A stretch of 64,000 nucleotides of DNA from Spizellomyces punctatus DAOM BR117 (Eukaryota), in assembly GCA_000182565.2 (NCBI GenBank), contig KQ257455.1. One strand, 5' to 3'. A program made the position numbers and the translations under genes. Below are positions 1-16,325 of the stretch, in pieces (the first letter of the stretch is position 1; every line of letters starts with the position of its first letter). The notes beneath the pieces were generated by a model. The model was not told where the DNA came from and did not search any database. It was given only the letters and a program-made list of their open reading frames with translations.

Positions 1-436
1 GAGAACATTTCAGTTGTCCTTCAGAAAATTTCAAAGCTTTCGTATGTGTGCAAGCGCTTTCGTTAAAGACCTGGCATTGTCAGCTAACTGTCGCTTTCCA
101 GGGAAAATCGTACTTCGCTGCGCGAACGCCCGGATCTTGTTCCTCGATTGAAAGCAATAATTGATGGGACAGAGGAAGCATCCATCGTGTCACCACTGTC
201 GGAATTTCTCATGATCAATATACGATCCATCCTGGCCAATGTAGATAATACAATAACTGTAATTTAGAATACTCATTCAACACGTTTCATTTTGATTGCG
301 TAAAACTAATTAGATGACTCACGATCACTGTGATTCAGATTTCAGCCGACCCAGCCGTGCTGTATATCTGCTGTGTATTGTCCCATCGTCTGCCCATCCC
401 ACTGACCGTTTTCGTTGATAAAGACAAATATCAAGC

Positions 437-2332
<1,896 letters not shown>

Positions 2333-2458
2333 GTGTTATTTTTGAATGCACAGGCTCACTGAGTTGGAGCCATACATGCGAGCATTTTGCTACATATACC
2401 GCAACGGCTGATACAATATATTTGGTGGCTATCGTCCTACCAAGGTGACACGATCGCA

Positions 2459-3220
2459 TTACTTGTTCTTCTTGCGCAGATAGTCTGCTGTTTTGTTGTG
2501 GAGGAGTAAACCGCGCCGCAAAACATAGAGCAGGGCCAGAACGCACATAATTGGTTCATGCAGTCGCTGCGCTCCACTTAAAGACTGGCTAAACCTACCG
2601 AGTTTCTCCACTGCTTCCGCAGCTATACTTGCAAACATCCCGCTATCGTATGTACCTATTATATAATATTGCTGCGTCTTAGCTATTATAATCCCGGCTT
2701 TTCCCTGGATGATTCCGAAATCAAGAGTCAGGAGACAGCTTTGAGGTAGTTTGAAGCCATGCACATTTGGTGCCTAACATTTTTCCCATACACTGCCAAT
2801 CTGTCTGCCCTGATTGCTCTATATCCCACATCCATGAGAGTGATGCCAGCATCGTGAGTTCGTACTTCGCGGGGATTTTCAAAACCTTGTTGTATTCGTG
2901 TCCAATCTGACGGGGCCATCTGCATTTCTTGTAAATATCATCAAAAGTTTTTGAACGTCCCAAGCGTTTGATTTTACCCACCACGAACTGCGGCGACCGT
3001 GCCTTGACCACTCCATCCTTTATCCTCACTATTGCGGCATGATTTACATGTCGTGTGGCCAAGACGGCCTCTTCGAGCAGGGAGTTCATATCAATGACTT
3101 ACTATTAGAAAATAAAACCTCCAAGTCGGGTAGAAACATGAATAACTTACGTAATTCAGGGTTTGGCACGTGAGAGGGTATGACTAAAGAGCCTGAAGGT
3201 GTTCCAACGACACTCTCCAT
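2459..3220 (-). CDS. Profilin, profilin-4-like; multi-exon; start either ATG 3089 or upstream ATG 3220 via an intron
   Basis: Spliced product MNSLLEEAVLATRHVNHAAIVRIKDGVVKARS...YRAIRADRLAVYGK...GIIIAKTQQYYIIGTYDSGMFASIAAEAVEKLADYLRKKNK; profilin fold with the PFN4-type YxAxRAD and AVEKLADYLR motifs. Confidence 0.85.
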
Positions 3221-3768
3221 TCCAAGATCTCTCCTGCGATTGTCTATTAGCACACGCAAGCCCAATCAGCATTAATATAGATTCTTCTAGCTCGCCTTTT
3301 GGAATTCGTCTGGATTGCGTATATCCGGTTGAACAAGCTTCGCCAAATTCCTACTGTAAACTTTGAAGATTTTGAGCAGAACTCACCATACGAAATCGCC
3401 GGTGCTGTCGAGCGACAGGATATTAAGGAGTCTTTTGTAAGTGTGTGTGTACTGTTGTCTAAGCTCTTTGCTGGAGGAGATCCATGTTTGAAAAGGGGGG
3501 TATAATGCGTACCGGAAGCACAACGAGGCTCGGGCTCGCTCCCTGCTCAGCTGAGCTCCATGCGGTCAAGAGTCCCAGAGTAACGAGGAGGAAGAGGTGT
3601 ATATGCAGAAGCATTGTGAGATTTTGATATGTGTGCATGTCATTATGAACGAATAACAGCGGAAAAGAATGATGGAGAATTTCCACCTGCCGCAGAACGT
3701 AGCTAACATGGTCCATCTAGAGGTCTGACTGCAAAGGGTTGATACGGTGTACCGGTTGTTGGATCTGT

Positions 3769-5019
3769 ATGGTGGATATGTCGGTTCTCAAAGGGAAGGA
3801 ACATCTCACCTGGTCAACCCTACGAGATAGCCTTGGTCTTCCGGAAGGTGAGCACATTTCACCCACGCCAACGACTCTGTCTAGCGGAACTCGGACATAC
3901 TGCCGTTGTGTCTGATTTCTGTTTTGAAGGCATCTAATTGAATTACAATTCATCAGATTCTGACGAAAACATATCAAGTCCGACAAGTCCGGCTCTCGAG
4001 CAGGACCTATATACATTCGGCTTATCGATAGCCGAGCCCCCAGTAGTAGTCTGCTGTAACAACTGCAATAAATCCATTCTACAAACTGCTTTTGCTGATC
4101 ATTTGAGTAAGTTGTCAAAAGAAAAGAATATAGACAATCCTTCATAACGGAGACCATCATCATTTGATAGAAATCTGCACGAGCACCCCAGTAACTGAAC
4201 CGCACCAACTATCCATGGAGCCTCCAAAACCCATCAGCTTAATACAGAAAAAGCGAAAAAAGCTTGAGACGAATTCAGCAAGTGCGAGCGATGGTATGAA
4301 CCGCGCCACTAGATAACTCTTTCGTTGATGGCGCATCTCAGTATTTGCCTCTTTGACAGCTGAGAAAACTGACAAAGCCGACAAATCCGAGAAAATTGAC
4401 AAACCCATAAAGTTATCGAAAGCCACAAGAGCTGTCAAAGGTCGGGCAATTGACGTTACCTATGATGGACAAGGAATTGACCAGATCTCTACCTTCCAGG
4501 GCCTATTGACCTGGATAAACAGTGCGGAGTTCGTCTGGATTCCGGTGCACTCTGTACCCGATCCATAACATGCAAGATTCACTCTGTTGGTGCCAAACGA
4601 GCAGTTCAGGGCCGATCACAACAGTATGATATTCTGTTTCAGGAGCATCAAGCAAAGAACATGGGGAGAGGTTTCAAGCGTAAGTGCTCAACTTCTGATA
4701 TTATTGAGTATATGAAATCCCTTCCAATGCGGAGACCTTTTTGTGTGCAGCGGGTGATTCTCGAGCTGGCACGCCGGTGGGGAAGTTGAATGGCGTGGCA
4801 AGAATAGGGACGGGGAGCCCGTCAGGGTTTGGTGCCGGGGATCCTGTTTTGGACAAACCTTTGACAAAGGACGAGGAGGCAGACCTTGTCTTCAACGCTA
4901 TACGACTGCACCGGCCGACACCTATGGCGGTGCAGCCTGTCTACGCAGCGGTGGAGGTGGTGTTGGCATTTAAACGACGGCAAGCACTGGTGAATGCCTT
5001 TCAGGGCAAACCAGTGTGA
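3769..5019 (+). CDS. SGF73: SAGA deubiquitination module subunit Sgf73/ataxin-7 family; multi-exon
   Basis: N-terminal Zn finger CNNCNKSILQTAFADHL..C and SCA7 domain GPIDLDKQCGV...CTRSITCKIHSVGAKRAVQGRS (about 4500-4650). Confidence 0.85.
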
Positions 5020-5230
5020 TGAGCGAGTCACCCTTACTTTTCCCCCTAATTTATGCAAAGTCATATAGACTTTAGGAGCATGTCTTTGCACGATACCCCA
5101 AAATACATCTGTAAACAATACGCATAATACAAGACGGACAATAATACAAAAACGTCTACAAAAAAGCTACACACATAACAACAATTTCACGGCGTACAGC
5201 TAACTGCTCTCTATCGGATTGCTATGCTGT

Positions 5231-8200
5231 CTATACTGCGTCGGGTCCAGAATACGTGGGGGCAATGCCATTACCGCGCCCACCTGCCTTCTCCCCAATC
5301 CTCGTTTTCCAATATCCTATCAGATAAATCATGCTGGAAATAAACCGGATGGCACTGAGAACGGCGACACTCCCTAATCGATAGTCTAATCAGCATAACG
5401 GATCCTTAAAGAAGGATAACAAACCAAGCGACTTACAAAAGAGGAATGTCAGGTATGGGTTCACGGAGGTGCCCGATTTGTGGGGGAAGAGTTTGTTCAC
5501 AATTGTTTTGTTCGTGAACAAAATAATGAGTAACGCATTGGTCATCATCCAACACAAAACAACCCGCGTCCGGAAGATTTTAAAATCGTCCTCTTGTTGC
5601 GTTTGCGGATTGGTTGCTGGTTTGTCCGTAGCGGGAGCGTGCAACTCCTCGCGTTGCTTAGTTAGCTGGCGCGCGAATGCCCCGTATGCTTCGTCGAGGT
5701 CGTCATCTGTGAGCGGCATCTCAACTTCCACAATCTGCTTGCCGTCAGCGGTTGTCTTCACCGTGACGCTGCCGAGATCAGGCGCGTTATCTCCCTTCGT
5801 GCCCCATGAAACATCATGCAGGTTGCAGACTAGAGTCCATTCAAAAGTCAGTGTGTCGCCTTATCCGTTAAAGGAGAATAAAGCGCTTACATGCGTAAAT
5901 CATGAAAATATTGATGTAGGTAGGCAGAAGGAGGAGGTATTGGAACATGCACGTGACAACATGCCATGGGTCAAAATGGGCAAGACTCGCAAATATGTAA
6001 AGTCCATATGTTGATCCAAGCGAGATCACAATATCGCGGAATGCAGGCGTATCACGAAAGTACCGGAAGAAGCTAACTCGCTGCTCGTCGATGGTTTGGA
6101 TGGCGAATTTGATAGATACATAAACCGTCCACCCGCCCAGGAAGAGCATCAAGCCCATAATGAGTGTAAATCCGATCACGATTGAAGTATACAGCCATTT
6201 AGAACCTTGAGGTCGATTGCCTAGGATCATTCACAAATGAAGTGTTAACACGCCTCTTCAATTCTCTCCATCACCCATTTACTCACCAAGAGAACTGACA
6301 AATATGCAGACAATAGCAAAAATGTAAAGCTCGCGGACAATCTGGAAGACGATTTCGGAATGTGGGTAGAAAGGATCTGTGTCACTGCTATCGTCCGCGA
6401 CATCGAAAAGAACTGTAGCGAGGACAGCTCGGTAAGTTTAACACGTTTGACATGTTTTTGTACAATCTCACTTACAGTAGAACGCGAGGTAAAAGTTAGC
6501 AAGGGCGAACCAATTGAAAAGAAGATTGATGGCGTTGTAAAAGAACTCCACAAGGAGAGCAGCCTTCCGTCCGGTAGAATGTCCAGACCGCTATGAACGA
6601 GAGATAAACTATACAGCGACACGTAGGAAGACCGTTCACAATACTTACAAATATTTTGCTCCAGTTCCAAGTGGCGTGGAGACCAGCGAAAAATGACCCG
6701 TTTAACCAACGTCGGCGTTGTGAGATGAGCTCCGGAAGCTGGTCCGGTACATCGGTCTCGGCGCGAGCATCCTTCAACACGTGACTATCGTTAGTCACGG
6801 ATTAAAATGTTGGTTGACCTCATGATTTCCGGGACTTACCTTACAGTACTTGAGCAACCAGCTATCTCTTGCTTTTGTTACGAGTTCGAAGCAAAGAATA
6901 CGATCTTCCGCTAAGTACATGTTAGCCTGTGAAGCATAATCGTCTCCTTCAGCATCGTCACGCTTAAAAGCTTTACCAAATGACTTACCGCGAATATATC
7001 CGCACCGCCGTGCATCTGTTCTCCTCTAAAGTACTGCTCCAGGGGAGCACCTTGCAACGCTTTATATCGGTAGGCACTGAAAGCTCCAGGAAGCACAGAT
7101 ATGTATCCGAACACGCTTTCCAGGGGCTTATCGAGGATGTTGCTCATTTTGTACTTTTCAAGCGCGTCACATTAATAAATTCCGTCCAGCAATATCAGCC
7201 GTCGAGATCAAGCGTACCTCAAAATTTTGCGTGGCGACCAAAGGGTTCAATAAGTTCCTCCAGCCAGAACCTAGCTCAGCTTTGATTTCACCACAAGCTC
7301 CGCCCACGTTAGGATCGCGCTCAAACGCTATAGGATCCGTTGATCTTAGCAATAAACATACAGGTGTAAACTGCTTTGACTGGTGATATAATTACCTCTG
7401 TAGAGGTGGTAGAAAGATTCTTTAGAAGGCACGGTTCCAACATCCAATAGGAATGTGACTTCCGGGTCAAGAACCGTACAAATCGCATTGAAAAACCATC
7501 GGTGCGAATTGATCTGTGGACGAATGGAATAATGCGCTTAACACCGGGTATGTTCTTTGAACACTGAAGCAAGTACCTTTTTGGCATTCTTTTCCTTGAG
7601 CAGGAAGATCAACTGTGTAGGAACCAAGTGCTCCTTTGTTTCTGAACGGGGATACAGCTCTTTATCAATGGCGATTTGTGTGGTATACTCAAAAATATGG
7701 GCCTTGACATCTTTGCCGTTGACGGTACTCTTTGCAAGGCCATCAGCATAGGCGCCCATGACTCCCAGAACTGATAAAAAGATGATTCAGCTTAACGAAT
7801 CGAGCCATATCGCGCAGCAAGGGAAAACGCTACATACGTGTCAAAACCTTTGGGTTAACCTTAGAACGTCCATCCGACACTATCACGACGACGAAATTCT
7901 TCCAGCCATCTGGGCCCCATCCGTATTTGCACTCGTCGCTGCACAGGTAGGCAATATTCCTCATCACCGCAAACATGGATTTTGCGAAAAGTACATCAGG
8001 CTCATTATACCTGTAAAAAAAAGCGATGAATTTTGTACAAGATGAGATCAGAAAACGCGTGGACCTACATGGTAACGACGAGAGCAACTTTGGTGAGCCG
8101 TTTGAATTGACGCTGTCGCAAAGTATACGATTGGGCAAAGTCGTTGGGTTCGCAGGTAGCCGCTGTGTAGCGCATGTGTGTGAATTCATCTCCTGTTGTA

Positions 8201-8556
8201 TGAGTGGCATTTTTCAAAAGTTGCTTTGAGACTGGCCTGTAGAGAATCTATGAGCATATGCAGGTTCCCGCATAAAGACATGCCAAACACACGCGACTTA
8301 CTGATCGACGACAAAGTTGCCAGCACGCGTAAGAGCTATCTGCTTGACGGTTCCAGACCGAGTCAAACCTCGGCCGCCTAAATCTCGTGGACGGAACCCG
8401 CTGCTAATGGATGGCCTATATACGAAGGAGTGCGGGTATGAATATACTCGGACATGCGGCGAACGTATTGCAAGAAATAACACGCGCGCCGGAGAGCGAG
8501 CAGATTGAAAGTTCCTCGTACCTTCCCTCTACGAGGGGTTGATAGTGTCCCTCCAT
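5231..8556 (-). CDS. CHS: Chitin synthase (division 1, class I/II/III type); many exons
   Basis: Motifs [76 protein letters not shown]; predicted start [12 protein letters not shown] at 8556, stop at 5231. Confidence 0.95.
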
Positions 8557-8969
8557 CGGATGGTGATGGACAACGCGTTGACTGCTGTAGATGGCAGAGA
8601 GCTAGCTGGAGCGTTCAAGTGTCGGCGGGATGCCGAGCGCGAGACGGCAAATTACAACCAAAGTTTTAGACAAAATCTGCCTGGGGGGGATGCAGCTCGT
8701 TCTTCTCCTGCTAGGGACTTTCTCCCTGGCCGTGCCGATCGCCGTGAGGCGCAGGGCCACTTCGCCTCCGTCTACAAACTCAGCGCGAACTTTTGTAACG
8801 CTGGCCGCAAAGCCTCCTGGATTAGGCTTCCAAAACGGGTTTAATGACGATATTTGGAACCTGCAAAAAGCAATGGCCTACAGACAACACATTTTCCATA
8901 AATTTATAGAACATGCCGATGGAATGACAAAACAAAACATCATCATATTAAACACATTGCGAGACCAAA

Positions 8970-10689
<1,720 letters not shown>

Positions 10690-10922
10690 GGCTGTTAACG
10701 TTAACCTGATGGTAAAAGATCTGCAGTTGAAAGTCTGCTCTCCTTTCCAGACGTGGGCATCGTAAATTGTTTTCTTTTAGTCACTGTGCCAGAAAGTGCA
10801 TTCCATCTGGAAAGCGGCTGGGATCAATCCGGATGCTTGGCGGAATCTTCGAATTTGGACAGTCGTCCAGGTTGTCGCGTTGGTCATCGTGTATCTTGGC
10901 ATTTGCAAAACACCTACTGATC

Positions 10923-12231
10923 ATGTCGTACCCATACCAACAATACCCCGGCGGCTACACTCCTCCTGCCACAGCGCCGCCTCCTGCCGGTGGACAGTAT
11001 AATGCGCCTTCGCAGCCAGGTTACGCAGGATACCCACCCACAACCCAGGCCCCATACGGGGCTCCTCACGGTGGTCCCGCCGGCGGTCCTGCCGGTTATG
11101 CGGCGCCCGGTCAGCACCCGCCCTATGGGGCTGCAGCCCCGACCCAACCTTCCGGAGGTGCACCGTACGGTCAACAGCCTTATTCAACTCCGTCTCAGGG
11201 ACCATACAGCGGAGCGCCGCCTCCTCAGTCTGGCAATGCTCCTCCTCAGAAACCTGGATATGGAGCGCCAACTCAGCCTTATGGTGGAGCTCCTGCATAC
11301 GGTGCACCGTACGGTGGCGCGGCACCAGGCAATCCGCCTCCAGGTAAGCCTGCCATTCACGCGCAATTATAGATTCGCTTCCTGTCGCGCTGAAGCTCGA
11401 TACGCAGGTGCCGATCCACAGTTATGGAACTGGTTCAAAGCTGTAGATGCAGACCGCTCCGGCCACGTTAATCCCCAAGAATTGCAACAGGCTTTGATCA
11501 ACGGTATGACTGTATGAGTTATCTTGTCTCGTTGAAGTGGGTGATTAACTGCGATCAGCAGGAGATTGGTCTCCTTTCTCCTTGGAAACTGTTCAACTGA
11601 TGATGACGCTCTTCGACCGTGATGGATCTGGAACTATCGGTTTTGACGAGTTCACCAGCCTCTGGCGCTACATTGGTATGAATTTTTTCTAGAAATCTCT
11701 TCGATGAGCTAGATGTTTACCGGAGCTTTCTTACGGGCGACAGAGGACTGGAAACGCATCTTCCAGCAATTTGATACCGATCGGTCTGGTAAAATTGATC
11801 GCAACGAGCTGAAGCAGGCGCTTTTGGCGTTTGGATACAATGTATCGGATCGTATCGTTGATTTGATGATACGAAAGTTTGCTCGACGGGGTGGGTTGAG
11901 TTCTTTTGTCCTCGCACCTCCCGCAACATTAAATTTATCTATAGGATCAATAGATATCACGTTTGACTCTTTCATTTCATGTTGCGTTACCGTTAAGTCC
12001 CTGTCAGACGCTTTCCAGAGGCACGACACGGATCGGGTAGGTTAATGTGATGGTGAATACTTGCGCAAACTGCCACTCAATGCAAATTCTATTGTGATAT
12101 AATTTTAGGACGGTTGGGGTAAGATCATTTGTGCGAATCGAAAGTGTTTTCTTCAACTTATTGGGATTCCATTGCTAGTGAATATGAGCCACGATATGTT
12201 TTTGGAGCTCGTCATCAGCACAAGGCCGTGA
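10923..12231 (+). CDS. PEF1: Penta-EF-hand protein (peflin/ALG-2/Pef1) with Gly/Pro/Tyr-rich N-terminus
   Basis: PGY-rich N-terminus, then LWNWFKAVDADRSGHVNPQELQQALIN, FDRDGSGTIGFDEFTSLW, FDTDRSGKIDRNEL, DTDRDGWV (last motif needs a 10-nt micro-exon). Confidence 0.93.
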
Positions 12232-12370
12232 ACGCAGGAAAATGCAATTATAAATGCACTAAATCTATGCGACTCATACATTTAGATGTGAATGCAGTCT
12301 AGATAAAAGGTTTTTGGAACTTGCTAATGCGTTAATACAATAGGTCTACATAATACATCCTGCTATAACT

Positions 12371-14879
12371 TTATATGCCCGCATCTTGTTGGCCCACTTG
12401 TTCTCCAGGAACATTTTCCATCCTGTGGTGCCTGTCAGGACTCAGCTCCTCTTCTTCCTCCTCCCAAAGGTCCTCTAGCGTTCGACTCTCAACCGGAGGC
12501 TCCTCTTCTATGATGATCCCCAATTTGCCGAGCACCTTCTGCAGTCGGTGCTTCTCTTCTTCGTAAATTTCGCTCATAAATTCTTCCATTTCCATCAACT
12601 TGTGTGCCTGCTCGTCGGCTGGGTAGCCGTCCTCCACCATTTCCCGCCACGCATCCACGAATCCTTCATAGACCACACGGAGCGGCCCATCCATTCCAAT
12701 CTGAGCTTCAGCGCCTTTTTCCTCCGCCCGTTTTGCCGCATTGAGCTGTCGCTTCAAGTTTTGGAGATCCTTTGCTTTGACTCGAGTCAAGCCTGATTCT
12801 GCAGTGATTACAGCTTGCTCGGCCATTTCCCGTTGCAAACGAAGACGCTTTTGCTCGCCCGCCAGCTTTCTACCCCAATACGCCTCCAAGCGCGCAGGAC
12901 AAAGCACTTGTTCCAGGAAGAATGCTTTCCCTTCGGCTATACGACCCTTACTTCCTAGAGCACTCGCAACATAACGGAGAACTTTGCGAGAAACGCCTTC
13001 ATAATTGAACCGACCCTTCTCAAATTTCACGGAATCACCAACATCCCCTTGCTCATTCTTCGGTTGAGCAGCCTTGACAGCGCTTTCACTTTTTGAAGTG
13101 TTCAACTTCTTAAGCTCCACGAAAGCTCCCAGTGCGCTCTCCCAATCCCTCAATCGGCTGTACGCCTCTATAAGTGCATCATACGAACGAGAAGTTGGCA
13201 CTACGGTCAGCTCCCTCCCCGCGTTTGCTAAGTCTGTTCTCAGCGCGCTATGCATATTAGCGACACCGGCTCTATCGCCGGCTCCCGCATACGCTAATGA
13301 AATAATTCTGAAACATTCGTCGTCCAGGGCCATATTATTCTTTTTCATCTTTTCGTACGTCCGAATTGGAAGCGACTGCACCCCATTCGTTGGCAGATGA
13401 TCTTGTACTGCACGTAAGTAAAGCTTGTACGCAGTGCTACAGTTACAATAGCATACGTGGTTAGTCATAATACTTGAAACGGTTACAAAACGCAAGTCAG
13501 CCTACGCACAATCCTGGCTCAAATCCTTGCCATGACATTTCGTCGAACAGCCTTTTTACAGCTTCTCGATGTCCACAGGCATCATGGGCGATCATTAGAG
13601 CATCAGTAGCTATTTGCTCCATTCTTTTTTCCTTCTTCAACGTGGACAAAAGCCGGTGGACTTTTATAACCCCTTTAGAATCGACATCGACCTTGCTGTC
13701 ATGTAATCGGTACGCCTCAAGAAACGCGAGACATATGTTGAAAGAAGGCGTTATTCCAGCGTCCTTCATGTCGTTCCACAGGTTTCTTGCACGATGAATA
13801 TAGAGGGGGTATTTTGGACGACGTAGATACACAGCTAACAATGTCCGAAAGGATCTATCGGTTGCCAAAGTGCAACTCTGGGGTAGAGAATTGCTTCGAA
13901 TGCTGTTCATTACAAAGTCATGGACTGCATGAACTTTACGGACGTCGTCCTTCATAGCACGATAGAGGCAGGCGTAAACAAACGCATCAGGATTAATTCC
14001 ACAACGCTTGATCTCTCGCAAAACCGCTGTCGCACGTTTTGAGTCCTGAGGATCTGAGGGCATATCGAATGGACGCGATCCCACCAATCGTTGAAGCAAG
14101 CGATGCCAGTCTACCAAACGAAGCTGGCGTGTTTCGCCGCGAGAAACCAGTTCCTCAAAGATGAGATAGGTTATGTCCGATGTAAGATACTGCAGAATGT
14201 TGTCTTTGTTTCGAACGTAGTCGGCGAGTATGGCTGTCGCAGCTGACTTTGGATCAGCTTCCAACGTCGCCGCAAATTTTACGTGCTTGGCAAAGTTTTC
14301 AGGAGTTAGAGGAGGAGGTGAAGGCAGACTAAGATCCTGCAACCATGAATCACCGGTGCTCGTCACCCCCGGTTCAAGTTGCTCGAATTCGTCCTGTGGT
14401 CGAATTGTCGGAGGTCGCAATTTCGGAGCTATGCGACTCTGAGCCGGCTCTACAGAAACTGACGAAACGATGCTGCCATCACTGTTGCGTGCTTGCCAGC
14501 GTCTAGCAGCAAGTCTACCGCCAGTATCTTTTATAATCTTCACATATGGGGATGATTCGTTGCGTGGACGAGAGTAACATCTTGCTGACTGAAAAATGTG
14601 CGATAAACTTCCCCCAGAACTCCCAGTATAGCCTTGTGCCTCCACGTAGACAGAGAGGAGCCACCTGCCAACATGGCCCTTGCGACAACGCATTTGCCCA
14701 ACACGATCTGCTTTCAACCTGCAGCGCAGCTTGCAGTTAAGTTGCCCGAATAAATGTGGCTCCAACCTATCGGGAATTTTTGTTTTTGTTGACATGACAA
14801 CAGCTGAACTCGTCCACTTGCCTTCCCACCATCTCAGACACTTTTTGCACCAACTTTGGTCACCCAGTGGCTTTCCCAA
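12371..14879 (-). CDS. Pentatricopeptide-repeat protein, probably mitochondrial; start uncertain (about 14693-14962)
   Basis: PPR-like units GINPDAFVYACLYRAM, LWNDMKDAGITPSFNICLAFLEAY, VKRLFDEMSWQGFEPG, PTSRSYDALIEAYSRLRDWESA; two long ORFs joined by an intron near 13440-13505. Confidence 0.75.
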
Positions 14880-15252
14880 CGGTCTTACTCTGGGTTGACT
14901 TCATCGAGGACGTTGTTTCCTGCACAGGCCCTCAAGACTTTGGCAACTCTTCCCTGGTTCATTGTATCCCTTTCTTGTCCGGTCTCCCCTATTTTCTCCC
15001 TTGCTCTGGCGACAAGATACCCACACGTCACCGGTTCACTTTCACACACACTTGTAAAACATGCACAACCTACCCACGATAATATCATGTACAGCCAGTC
15101 GGCAGCCTACGTCGCCCTCGAAATCACAACGGCGCTCGACTGCTTTTACAAAGTTCAGACGATATTCAACCGCAGAACAAAAGTTGCGTGACGGTAGGAA
15201 GAAAACGTCAATTAGTCGACTTGCACGGAAGCACTGGGAGAAAAAGGAAAAA

Positions 15253-15865
15253 ATGGTATGTGGACCTCATTGGGTCCTTGTTTGGCTGTAACCAGAGGGA
15301 CCTTGTGGTGCAAAGCTCACCGCTAGGAACGATCTCTGTTTGCCACAGTCTTGTGTAGGTAAAACCGGTTACGGACTTCGTCGACAGCCCCTTCATGATG
15401 TCCCCTTCAAAAGAAGAAAAACGTGCGCCAGCTCCAGCGAAAGACAAAGATTACAGAGATTGAAAAAGGAAGCATTTCACGAGTTGGATAAGCAAATACG
15501 AAGAGAGCAGATGGCGATTGTTCAAAGGATACGATACTTGGATTCTCTACCAGCAAGAGATCGCGAAATATTATTGCAAGCTGAGATGGAAGTCGAACAA
15601 GAGGACAAGGACATTAAAAGCGAAGACGATTTCCATGAAATTCTAGAAGACATCTGCGCAATCGACATCGCCGAGGATGACTATACTGAAGTTTTACAGT
15701 TTGAGTACGATGAGAATATGGTGCGTGCGCTTGATGATCGTAGTTTTGGTTGTGCTTTTGCGAATCAGGGCTAATATCTCCTTGTTCTGACTTCTCCAGA
15801 ACACAACTCATTGGAACTCGGAATCTTTTGAGATAGCGATGGGTGGACCAGGTGATCTATTCTGA
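15253..15865 (+). CDS. Hypothetical protein of about 150 aa, basic N-half and acidic C-half
   Basis: ATG|gtatgt intron, then an open exon to about 15720 (RLKKEAFHELDKQIRREQ...EDDYTEVLQFEYDENM), a GT-AG intron and a final exon ending GGPGDLF*. Confidence 0.55.
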
Positions 15866-16325
15866 GGGATCACATCATATGTAGCGTGCATTTTGTAGAT
15901 ATTTTCGTACATTCGTTGTCTGTTAAAATATGCATATAAGCTGGGGATCAGACGTTAGCTGCTGGTGGTTGTCTGCGGTTGAAGGGGAAAGAAAGGCTAA
16001 GGACTTAATGTCCCTGAAACCAAGTGCGACAAAGCCTCGCCGGCACATCATCGGGTTCATTGGTAGAACTGCCAGATCTGCATCGCTTGAACAGTCCCCT
16101 CCTTACCGGATGGCCGTCCCTGTGGGCTTGACAAGGACCTTTTGCGAATATTGGGGTGATATGCAATGGGATGGTTTCGCTATGCTTATTCGATAATTCA
16201 CCTCAGTGATCGATTATGCAAGCGACATCACGTGGTGGTCGGATGACGTGAGGAACAACGACCGTCTTCCACTTGATTGTCGAGATCTTTGGGAATCTCC
16301 ACCCATCTGTATCCAATCCCTCGCC

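Noticed and set aside
3167-3173. CACGTGA near the profilin gene as a promoter element
   Set aside because: It probably falls in the upstream coding exon (PSHVP)
3459-3716. Short minus ORF with a signal-peptide-like stretch
   Set aside because: No homology or supported exon chain; it lies in the profilin/SGF73 divergent region
8690-8740. GGAGAAAGTCCC on the minus strand resembling RNase P/MRP CR-I
   Set aside because: No matching CR-V element seen downstream; it lies in the CHS upstream region
15253-15865. Resemblance of the hypothetical protein to RPA-interacting protein (RPAIN)
   Set aside because: Only weak similarity, and the C-terminal Cys zinc finger is absent
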